A stretch of 64,000 nucleotides of DNA from Perkinsela sp. CCAP 1560/9 (taxonomy: Eukaryota; Protista; Euglenozoa: Kinetoplastea): the NCBI GenBank assembly GCA_965644495.1, contig CBFFSA010000006.1:558001-622000 (forward strand). Reading direction: 5' to 3'. Shown in pieces: positions 33,116 through 42,122 of this stretch (positions within the stretch are counted from its first letter, which is position 1; each line of letters begins with the position of its first letter). A model generated the notes under the pieces. The model did not search any database, was not told the origin of the DNA, and saw only the letters and a list, made by a program, of their open reading frames with translations. The translations under genes were made by a program, and so were the position numbers.

Positions 33116-35623
33116 ATGTGGAGGAAAGCTGCTTATCGCACTGCATCGAAACTTTCCGACCTTCGGCACCCGATCACAACTAAGTCAGGTTGGGAATTCG
33201 AGCATGTAGGAATAGACATTCAGAACTACATCGAGATTTCAGTTTCAATTCACAAAGATGAATGGGCCAATACTGATAAAGATCAACAGAAACTATTGAA
33301 TCAGACTAGTAGCTATGGGGTAGACGCTTTGCGAACACAAATTTTTGGTCTTGCGAAACCAACTAAATCAGTTGGTATATTTCTTGATGGTTCTCTTCCG
33401 CTTTGGTGCATTCGAAGTTTTCGCAGGGGTAAAAAATCTTACAAGTTGCAGCACTCACCAGGTTCAGAGCTTTTGGTGGCAACTGAATGCAAATTGGCAA
33501 GTGACATGAAGCGTCGGCTTCGGGAACAAAATCGCTCTGTCGGTGAGATGGTTCTCTCAGGAACTCGCACGCCAGGATCCTTAGAGGGCAAAATGGCGGG
33601 TTGGTTTCAAGATTTGGTCGCTCGAGGAAGTGTTAGAAATGAACGAATAGCAATTATAGCTCAAGGAGCTCATCATTTTGCAACAATGATGGCAATGGTG
33701 CCATTTCACAATATCAGCTTTCTTTCACTTGTGCAGCAAAACAGCTCACAGTTCTACTTTTATGACATGATGGAATACTTCGGACTATTAGAATACATGG
33801 ACTCGCCGGATCTCTCACGCATTCGTATTGATTTAACTTTTCTCATTATATTAACGTACGGAATAAGTTGGGCCCAGCTTAATGCCTTAAGCAATGTCTC
33901 TTTAAAGGACATCTTGGATAACTATCACCAAATATCTATCCCGAAACGGAAATTTCTTTTTACAGAAAGCTTAAAGCTTGACGTAAAAAACTTTAAATTA
34001 ATACTCCCATCTAGTAAAGTGCAACGCCGAAGCATGGCTGACAATGTGTTGACAGTATGCAAAGAATATACGGAGATGTCTCTTCAAACACACCACACCT
34101 TGTGCACCGGACGCGTCTTAAATTATTATTACGTTCCAACAGAATATTTAAATTCCGAAAAACCACTAGCACTTGGACTCCAACATATTACAGCTTGGCT
34201 TGATGGGGTAGACCAGCCGTATATTACTCCCACCGTTGATTTAAGACCCGCAATATCCGCCCTACACTTCGGAATATCTTGCATCGGTAGTGAGTTTGCG
34301 GGATCATGCACAACACTGGGAAAATGGATGAAGGCGCATCCAGAACCTAAAGAGGCCTATGGCGTTTTTAAGCAATTAATAAGCCAAAGTGAAATTCCTG
34401 ATGTTCTTACAAAAGCAAACGATTTGATACAGACTTTAAAGCAACAAATTCCCCCAATCCTGCAGGAAACTCATAGAGCCAAGGTTTATTCTCGTATTTA
34501 CCACCATACTCGGGCATCAGCAACGAGCGATTCGTGCCGTCACGAATTTGATATCGGAGCCTTAAGCCAGTCTAAGAAAGGTTTGCGATACGTCCCACAG
34601 ACAGTCCCGATTGTGTTTGATCCCCTCTTGCGTAGGCAAGTCAAACTCCTGGTGGAGTACGACCCTTTTCAAAAGGTATGGGCCATGAAGAATTCGACTC
34701 ATGCTTTGTCATTGTCCACTCAAACCCATTTAAGCTCTTTGCGGTTTATTACTTGGAATGTTCTTTTTAACAAGTACAACAACGAAGACACTGTAATGGG
34801 AAAACCTGCAATTGATCGATGTTCTTCACAGAGATACGTTGCCATTGCGCATGAATTGAGTCAACGGAAAGCCGATGTTATAGCGCTTCAGGAAGTTATG
34901 CCAGAGTTTTGGGAATACCTTGCGAATCAGACTTGGGTGCGTGAGAACTACATTTTAACCTGTGATAAGAGCGGGACAGACATTAACCCATGGGGTATTT
35001 TCATGATGTGTCACAAGCGACTAACGATAGCAGAAACAAATACGCACAATGTTCCAGGGTACAACGGGCATATTTGTCCTATGCCCGAAGTGGCAATATC
35101 AATAAAGGGTGTTGGTCCAGAGGGTATTCTAAGAATCAGCTCCATCCATTTAAATTCTTCACTGAACGAGAACATGATATCCGTTCGCAAAACGCAAATT
35201 GCGAATTTCATGAAGCTATGCGATGAGAAACGTACCGGGATGCACTGCATTGTTGGCGGAGATTATAATCAGGAGTGGAGTATGCCATCAAATACCTACT
35301 TTCGAGATGCTTGGACCACGGCTGGCCTTTCAGAGCGCTCCGGGTGGACTATAGACAACGAACGAAATGGTTTATGCGCTCGATTGATTGAAGATCAATT
35401 CCAAGGTCGGTATGATAGAATCTTTTTTAGATCACCAGTTCTTCACCTAGAGGGCGCTAGCTTAATTGGCGATCGCAGTGTTAATGAAATTTTGGGATCA
35501 CCTCCTAGTTCGCTTGCACCAAATATGACCTGGCCGGAATGGTTGTATCCATCGGATCACTTCGGGGTTGAGTGTTCTTTTTGCATTAATTTTCCTCGCG
35601 CCGGGAAGTTTAAAAAGGAATAG
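33116..35623 (+). CDS. KREX1: RNA-editing exonuclease KREX1/KREX2-like (degenerate XRN 5'-3' exonuclease domain + EEP domain)
   Basis: N-terminal XRN-like remnants (IFLDGSLP, SPGS, LSGTRTPGS.EGK); C-terminal EEP motifs TWNV, LQEV, IHL, GGDYN, YDRIF, SDHFGV; presequence-like N-terminus. KREX1 versus KREX2 cannot be resolved by eye. Confidence 0.75.
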   Translation: MWRKAAYRTASKLSDLRHPITTKSGWEFEHVGIDIQNYIEISVSIHKDEWANTDKDQQKLLNQTSSYGVDALRTQIFGLAKPTKSVGIFLDGSLPLWCIRSFRRGKKSYKLQHSPGSELLVATECKLASDMKRRLREQNRSVGEMVLSGTRTPGSLEGKMAGWFQDLVARGSVRNERIAIIAQGAHHFATMMAMVPFHNISFLSLVQQNSSQFYFYDMMEYFGLLEYMDSPDLSRIRIDLTFLIILTYGISWAQLNALSNVSLKDILDNYHQISIPKRKFLFTESLKLDVKNFKLILPSSKVQRRSMADNVLTVCKEYTEMSLQTHHTLCTGRVLNYYYVPTEYLNSEKPLALGLQHITAWLDGVDQPYITPTVDLRPAISALHFGISCIGSEFAGSCTTLGKWMKAHPEPKEAYGVFKQLISQSEIPDVLTKANDLIQTLKQQIPPILQETHRAKVYSRIYHHTRASATSDSCRHEFDIGALSQSKKGLRYVPQTVPIVFDPLLRRQVKLLVEYDPFQKVWAMKNSTHALSLSTQTHLSSLRFITWNVLFNKYNNEDTVMGKPAIDRCSSQRYVAIAHELSQRKADVIALQEVMPEFWEYLANQTWVRENYILTCDKSGTDINPWGIFMMCHKRLTIAETNTHNVPGYNGHICPMPEVAISIKGVGPEGILRISSIHLNSSLNENMISVRKTQIANFMKLCDEKRTGMHCIVGGDYNQEWSMPSNTYFRDAWTTAGLSERSGWTIDNERNGLCARLIEDQFQGRYDRIFFRSPVLHLEGASLIGDRSVNEILGSPPSSLAPNMTWPEWLYPSDHFGVECSFCINFPRAGKFKKE

Positions 35624-36164
35624 TTTGTTTTTTTAAGTAATATTTAAGCCACACTTCCTGTGTATGAACTATTAAGGAGAAATAGCTGACTCGATATCTC
35701 TTTAAATATGGGCCAAAAAAAGTTACGCAACCTTATGTGTTCATTGTGAACAACGTACATGTATTTTCATCTGCTGATGAAGGATTATACAATTCACTTA
35801 TGATCAGAAGGAAACATCAACTGCGCTACAACATTAATACACTTTGAACCGTGTTGCGTGGGCGCAGCGTACTAGAATATTTTTGTCGCATTGTAACGCT
35901 ACATGATCAATTACGTGGCACTTTATACCTGTATGGATATTTATTTATTATATTGCGTGCCCATAGTTGTAAATTCTTCTAATTCTACGAATTTCGTTTA
36001 ATTTTATCACAATCATACTCGTCTGGATACATTTTAATTTTTGGCGTTTTCATTATTGCCAAAGATGGAAGTTCGTTTAGGTTCACCTACATAAAAGAAC
36101 TCAGCTATCCTAGAGGACCGGCAGAAATTGTAAAACGAATACAGTGCAATCGCATATTTAGGTC

Positions 36165-37043
36165 ATGTCGGATCCCATTCGCCGTGACCCGGGAGAATTT
36201 TTACGCCAGTTAAAGCGCATGTGCTCGAATTCCCACTGGCAGAAAGCGATGTTCTTCGCTTCACGCGGTCGCATGATAGGATTTCAGCTTGATGTCCGAC
36301 ACTACAACTTATGTCTCTACAGCCAAGCGGTATGGGGAAGGGCCCTTGAAATCGTACAACTCATTGACGCCATGAATCATGACAAGGTCAAGTTGGACGC
36401 TAGCAGTTACTACTACATCGTCAACGGTATGGCGAATGTGGATCACGGGTACTCGGCTGATTTTAACGTAAACCACCGTCTCGAGCGGCTACAGCACTGG
36501 CGAGTTGCCATCAATGCTTTGCTTGCGTGTGAGGCCAATGGTCATGAGCCCACCGCCACCATGTACAACAGTGCCATTGTGGCGTGTACCATCCCTACCA
36601 TGGAGCGCTGGATGGAAGCTACCTACCTGTTTCACCGCTTACTGTCTGAGGAGCATAAACCCCATCCCCAGATGGTACAGAAACTGGAGCTTTGTTTGCT
36701 CCGAGCACGACGACCGTTTGATATTCAGCGCCTGCTGAATCTCGCAGTCACTCATCACACTCAAGGGTATCATACCCGGGAGTGTGTGGTGGGGGGTGGG
36801 CCTCGGGTGGCGCTGACCCCAGAGGAAGAGCAGGCGTACGAGGCGGAGTGCGATCTCCCGGCCTATGGTACCGGGGGGGTGCCGCTGCACGCTCACGGTA
36901 TTTTCCGCCCCATGGTGTGGAGAGGGCTGTGGTGGCGCTGGCACGCGGTAGCGAATAAGTACCGCCCGCGACAGGCGCTGAAACGAAGGCAGCTCTGCCC
37001 GAGGTGGTCTCCTTCTGGGATTCCGGGGTGGAATAAGAAGTGA
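36165..37043 (+). CDS. Pentatricopeptide repeat (PPR) protein, likely mitochondrial
   Basis: PPR-like units (DVRHYN..L......G...E...L...M....V..D..SY; P..TMYNSAI.AC.....W.EA..LF). Confidence 0.8.
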   Translation: MSDPIRRDPGEFLRQLKRMCSNSHWQKAMFFASRGRMIGFQLDVRHYNLCLYSQAVWGRALEIVQLIDAMNHDKVKLDASSYYYIVNGMANVDHGYSADFNVNHRLERLQHWRVAINALLACEANGHEPTATMYNSAIVACTIPTMERWMEATYLFHRLLSEEHKPHPQMVQKLELCLLRARRPFDIQRLLNLAVTHHTQGYHTRECVVGGGPRVALTPEEEQAYEAECDLPAYGTGGVPLHAHGIFRPMVWRGLWWRWHAVANKYRPRQALKRRQLCPRWSPSGIPGWNKK

Positions 37044-37244
37044 GAACGGAAGGAGGGTGATCACTGTGATTGAATATTTATTTTATGGTATACAATACCG
37101 CATTGTTTGCTTTTAATGACATACACGTACTACTTTGTTTTTTGTTCTTTTTGTCCAATAATTCTTTCCGCGTCCCATATATTTTCACGATAGATTTATT
37201 GGTATTTTTCCCAGGAGCTCCTCTACACCTTACCATATTAAGGA

Positions 37245-38501
37245 ATGACTGATCACATTAGAGTTCAATTCTGGACACACTGCACGAATTATCGAATCGA
37301 GGACAGCTCGAGTCGAACCTTTACGGTGCCTCCGAATGTACTCCCGGAAGGTCTTTCCGAACTTGTAGGTTCGCTTCTTTCCACTTCGGCAGTTCCAATG
37401 GCATTCTTAATTGGGGGCACTCTGCTCACTACTGCGCTTGGGCAGTACCTGAGGGATCACCCAGAGGAGTCCACCCCGGAACATGTGATTCGGATCCAAT
37501 ACCTCCCGAAGTTGCATCCCGAAGTTACGGCCTCCATGCCGCAGGAGGACTGGGTGAGTTGCGTCCGTAGTGTATATCCGGCATCAGGATTATTCGCGAC
37601 GGGATCCTATGACTACATTGTGCGTGTGTGTCACATAGCCGCAAGCGGTTCCCAGGAGGTGGCACGCGGAGTAGCACACCAAGCCCCTGTCAAAGAGATT
37701 TGTATTTTAAATGCGCCCGAGTCCCTTCAAGAGCATGTTAGAAAGGAACAACACGAGATGTTGTCCCGGCTGAAAGGTATGCAAATTGTTTCTGCCGTCC
37801 AAGACGGCTCCGTCGGGTTGTGGGATTTTCCTTCCCAAAGTGCCTCTGAACACGAAACCTTGAAGACACCACTTTCACTTTCGTTGACCAGAGAATTTCG
37901 CTTTCACACAGAACCTGTCGAGACTGTGTGTAGCACTGGAGAGTCTAATCTAGTCGCCAGCGGGGGCTGGGACAACCAAATATGCGTGTGGGACCCTACC
38001 CGAGATTTCTTGGAACCACGAGTACGGCTCCAGGGGCATATACGCGCCGTAACAAAATGCGGTGCCTCCTTGCTTACAGGGTTGATCAGCACCTCCCTGG
38101 ATGGTTCTCTTCGCCGCTGGGATATCGAAACAGGACAGTGTGCACTCACACAGCACTGTGGACACGCGGCGTATGGGATGGCTTGCCGTGGGGAGTACAC
38201 TACCACGGCGCATACCGACGCTAAGGTACGGCTTTGGGTCGGGCAAAGCCCTGACCCCACACACATCCTGAAAGGTCACACGAGATGGGTGTATAACGTT
38301 GCGTTTTATGGTGACAGTCATGTGGCGAGTGCATCCGAGGACGGGACGATTCGCTTGTGGGATGTACGCGTCCCAAATGAGCCTTTATCCATTCTGTCAC
38401 ATGTTCATGCAAATGGGGTGTTAGATGTAATCAATGCAGGCGAGGGCTTTATTGCTTCTTCTGGTAAAGATCATTTTATAAGAGTAACTCAAATAGGATG
38501 A
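37245..38501 (+). CDS. YTM1: Ribosome biogenesis protein YTM1/WDR12
   Basis: N-terminal NLE/ubiquitin-like domain (V.F.T...VP....GLSELV..LL...P..FLI.G.LL...E.VI.I.Y), then EDWVS and WD40 repeats. Confidence 0.85.
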   Translation: MTDHIRVQFWTHCTNYRIEDSSSRTFTVPPNVLPEGLSELVGSLLSTSAVPMAFLIGGTLLTTALGQYLRDHPEESTPEHVIRIQYLPKLHPEVTASMPQEDWVSCVRSVYPASGLFATGSYDYIVRVCHIAASGSQEVARGVAHQAPVKEICILNAPESLQEHVRKEQHEMLSRLKGMQIVSAVQDGSVGLWDFPSQSASEHETLKTPLSLSLTREFRFHTEPVETVCSTGESNLVASGGWDNQICVWDPTRDFLEPRVRLQGHIRAVTKCGASLLTGLISTSLDGSLRRWDIETGQCALTQHCGHAAYGMACRGEYTTTAHTDAKVRLWVGQSPDPTHILKGHTRWVYNVAFYGDSHVASASEDGTIRLWDVRVPNEPLSILSHVHANGVLDVINAGEGFIASSGKDHFIRVTQIG

Positions 38502-38838
38502 TGTCAATGTCGTGTGTGCACGACATATAAGTCGATTTCTGTATTAAAACTATTCTTACTACGTTTCGTTGTATTTTATAATACAGAACTTTAAAAGTAT
38601 CCTTACATGGGCTAGAAGAATATACATGTACTTCTTGGACAACTCCGTAACTGGTTAGTATAAATTTTTATTCTTCTAAGCCAACTACCATATTATCTAG
38701 TACAGGCACTGATTTTTGTTTACCATTTCATGGCGCCACAGTGTTAATGTCTTAGTTTAAGACTCTTAAACACGCACCGATGCACCCTTGCACGAATCTG
38801 TATTTTTGTGCTTAATTTTGGAAAGAAATGGAGTTCTG

Positions 38839-39864
38839 ATGAACATCGAGATGCGACACTATAACTTTATTTCCGTTTCCGAAAAGTGGTGCAAACTGTG
38901 TCACGAACCCTATGCTTCTTGGAGATCCCACATCAGCGGAAGAGTTCAGTGCCACGCAACACTTGAAGATTTGTTTTACTCTTATACTACTTTGCATTTG
39001 CGGACTTGGAAACCGCAACTGGTCTATCTTACCATAGGAATGAACCCACATAATATACTTTCTTTCCAGCAGGGGAAAAGAGTCAAATCGTCACGTACTT
39101 CAACTAAAAAGAAATTTAATGCTACTTCTTCACATATTGTGGATAATAGGAAAGCACATGCTTTCAAAAGATACATGGGCGAAGAGATAAAAAATTCAAG
39201 TGTAGCTCCTGCGAATGAACGCTTTCAAAACCTTGATCACGGCAGGTTTAAACTATTATATAAAACGTATGACTTTGAAAGAGCTAATCACATGCACACT
39301 CTGTATAACTTGATTCTGCATCTGTATGTTAATAAGTGGCTTGCCGGTTGCATTTCGCAAGACACACGTGAACTAACTTTCCGCTCCCTCCATGGTTTAA
39401 AATGTATAAATTATATACTTGTTAGAATTCTATGGGTTTTATTTTTGAGATCAGACACGGGGTCACTTAGCGTTACTCACCAACGCTGTGTCGACCCTTA
39501 TAACCTCGAAGTCGTCTTTGACAGTCTTCGTCTCGGATGTATTTTTCATTTGACGAAACAAACCCCGGAAGCGAAAGCTTATCAAGTTCGAGTGATTTAC
39601 AGTGATATATATGGCTTACTCTTTTGGTACACCAAGGCGCCTATCTATATTCGAGAAATAGCTGAATACGTCCTAAAATCTCTATCCGCTTACGTGGTCG
39701 AAGTTCAAATGATTGAACTTAGCAATCGTGCTGATAGGGCTTGGAAAACTTTTGGTTGTCCAACAGAACCGAATACATTTCCCCTAACCCTACAAAACAG
39801 AATAGGACGAAAAGAGGATGCAGAGATAGTGTTACGCTATCCCAAACTCTTTGAAACGCTTTAG
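38839..39864 (+). CDS. KREPB-family editosome protein (U1-like zinc finger + degenerate RNase III fold)
   Basis: WCKLC.EP...W..H......H..LE U1-type finger; LF...DTG.L......VD..NLE.VFD.L.L...KA RNase III-like segment lacking the catalytic signature. Confidence 0.65.
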   Translation: MNIEMRHYNFISVSEKWCKLCHEPYASWRSHISGRVQCHATLEDLFYSYTTLHLRTWKPQLVYLTIGMNPHNILSFQQGKRVKSSRTSTKKKFNATSSHIVDNRKAHAFKRYMGEEIKNSSVAPANERFQNLDHGRFKLLYKTYDFERANHMHTLYNLILHLYVNKWLAGCISQDTRELTFRSLHGLKCINYILVRILWVLFLRSDTGSLSVTHQRCVDPYNLEVVFDSLRLGCIFHLTKQTPEAKAYQVRVIYSDIYGLLFWYTKAPIYIREIAEYVLKSLSAYVVEVQMIELSNRADRAWKTFGCPTEPNTFPLTLQNRIGRKEDAEIVLRYPKLFETL

Positions 39865-40050
39865 CCAAAACAATAGTCATTAGAATATGATTAGAAATAA
39901 GTTAGTAACTAGAAATAACGTTTGGTTGAATGACGTTGTGCACTTTACGATTCCATTATAAATTATTTATAAATATATTAAGTATCTATAAATATAATAA
40001 GTATATTTTTGTTTTTTACACCTAAATGTAGGTATACATGTATACCCAAT

Positions 40051-41163
40051 ATGCTGAAAACCCCACGTGTTTCTATAGCGGTAGGTCTAAAGGTTTGTGG
40101 ACAATGTTTTGCAATGCCTTGTACGCCACTGTTGTCTATGTATTCTGCCAATGTACGATACTTTTCGTCCAACAAAATACTCATACCGAGCTCTCGTAGG
40201 GTTATAAAACATTCAAATCCTTATCGTAATCGTCCATTCCCACACAAGCTTTTTTTAAGCATTTGCGTTAGCTGCGCTATCATTGGGGTTCTCATCGGTC
40301 AATATGCAGAAATTGATGAAAAAACTCTACCGAATGTATTCGTGAAAGAAGACATTGAGCATTCTCTTAAAGAGCATTTTGAATTCCGCCCGGATCTTGC
40401 TGCGGCGCTGATTCGATACGTCTACGTATACATTCTATTTCGAGCACTCGATATTCCTTCCGAGAAACTTCATGCACAGTTTCCTGGTTTACAAGACGCC
40501 GAAGATCTTATCGATACGTTGTGTCAAAGAAATATAATTTCATACGGAGACGCACTGACACTCGCAGCCGCATACGCCGTTACGTTTCTCCGCGGGCCGA
40601 AGATTAACTGGCGTTGCGGACGTAAAGACAGCGCACGGGTACTTTATGAGTTGTCTCACACAGACTTACCTTCAAGTACGGGAAGTTTGGAAGCGTGGTT
40701 GACTCTTTTTGAACGACTTGGATTTACACAAGAAGAGTTTGTAGCTCTCCTCGGGGCGCATACTGTTGGTACCGTACGCCATGCCGCAAATTTTCCTCTT
40801 CAATGGACAGAAGATAAATATCGGTTTAATAATAGCTACTACAAAGTGTTGCGGGAAAAATTGTACAAGGTTCCAATTTATCCAGCGAGCGGCTTTCTTG
40901 TTGCGATATGCTCTCCAGGGGATATGCATAAAAAGAAATTGGCTGCTTTGCCTTGCGAAATTGCTATGATGAATAACCCGGTTACGAAGGGACTCGTCAC
41001 ACGATTTGCAGAATCAGAGGAAGACTGGTTCGAGGTGTTCGGTATTTCCTTCATGAAACTTTGCGAGCTTGGTTGGGAGCAACAATCACTTAGAGAATAC
41101 ATTCCTTTTGGTAGCGCAGACGTTATACGAAACTATATTAAGAAACGGAATAGCACTTCATAA
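40051..41163 (+). CDS. Class I heme peroxidase-like (APX/CCP fold) pseudoperoxidase with an N-terminal TM segment
   Basis: ISYGD...LA...AV....GP.I.W..GRKD, VALLGAHTVG and WT.....F.NSYY motifs; the distal RxxWH motif reads RYVYV. Start codon uncertain. Confidence 0.85.
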   Translation: MLKTPRVSIAVGLKVCGQCFAMPCTPLLSMYSANVRYFSSNKILIPSSRRVIKHSNPYRNRPFPHKLFLSICVSCAIIGVLIGQYAEIDEKTLPNVFVKEDIEHSLKEHFEFRPDLAAALIRYVYVYILFRALDIPSEKLHAQFPGLQDAEDLIDTLCQRNIISYGDALTLAAAYAVTFLRGPKINWRCGRKDSARVLYELSHTDLPSSTGSLEAWLTLFERLGFTQEEFVALLGAHTVGTVRHAANFPLQWTEDKYRFNNSYYKVLREKLYKVPIYPASGFLVAICSPGDMHKKKLAALPCEIAMMNNPVTKGLVTRFAESEEDWFEVFGISFMKLCELGWEQQSLREYIPFGSADVIRNYIKKRNSTS

Positions 41164-41610
41164 AATTTGAAATGAAGACAATAGACGAGAAAATGGAGAT
41201 TAATGGTGGAATCTCTCTTTTTGCACCTGATTTTTTTATAAGACAAGTACAGGTGTAACGTCATCCTTTTACTTATCCTGTCAAAAAGGCGGAAAAATGA
41301 AAAAAGAACATGTGATAAGTCGCATGGTATGACAAGTCACGTAGTATTAAGTATGAACGAGTGCCAAGGGACAATGGAAGCATTTGCGGCCTTTATTGTA
41401 GCCCTGAAAAAGATCGGTCGAAACGCAAGTTATTTACTTGAAGTAAATAATTCTAGTATTCAGTGTTCTTCAACATTTAAAAACGGGAAAAAGGGAGATT
41501 TGACCGATTTCGGTAATCAGACGCAATTCTGGTTTTATATGCATATTTATAATCGCATACATATTCTAAATACATATAAAAGATTCCTTTAAAAAGAGCA
41601 AATATTTTAC

Positions 41611-41931
41611 GTGCCTTCATCGGGCAAGGCACTCATATGCTATGTCTGTTTTGCACAAATTTGGCACTAGATTGATGTTCTGATTCGCAAGGGAAAAAAA
41701 TGAGAGATACAGATTTCTGTATACTACATGAAAGGAAGACACATTTCACATGCCTTCATCGGGCAAGACACTCATATGCTATGTCTGTATTGCACAAATT
41801 TGGCACTAGATTAGCACATTTTATATGCATATTTAAAACATGTATAAATAAAGAACAAACATTTTATGTGCATTCATCGGGAAAGGCACTCATATGCTAT
41901 GTCTGTATTGCACAAATTTGGCACTAGATAA
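41611..41931 (+). ncRNA. Three copies of a 64-nt candidate single-hairpin AGA-box (H/ACA-like) snoRNA (41611-41674, 41750-41813, 41868-41931)
   Basis: Basal stem GTGCC/GGCAC, internal pocket, upper stem, and an AGA box 1 nt after the basal stem and 14 nt from the pocket top. The repeat is certain; the snoRNA identity is inferred. Confidence 0.5.
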
Positions 41932-42122
41932 TCTAAGATTGATGTTCTGATATCACACAGCAAAACATTATGGGACGCAAGGTTTGATCAATAGTCGAAT
42001 AATGATAAATGTGTTTGGCTCAATTTCACCATCATGGACTTTTGCATACATAGTTGTACTGCATGCGCGGTTCTATTCTTCATTTCATAATAGACCGTAT
42101 ATTGTTTTTCGTACAGTTATAA

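Noticed and set aside
39781-39792. CCCTAACCCTA telomere-like/telomerase-template-like sequence
   Set aside because: Under two repeats and inside a coding frame; expected by chance.
41611-41931. CRISPR-like repeat-spacer array
   Set aside because: Repeats are 64 nt, spacers are unequal and partly duplicated, there are no cas genes, and the context is eukaryotic.
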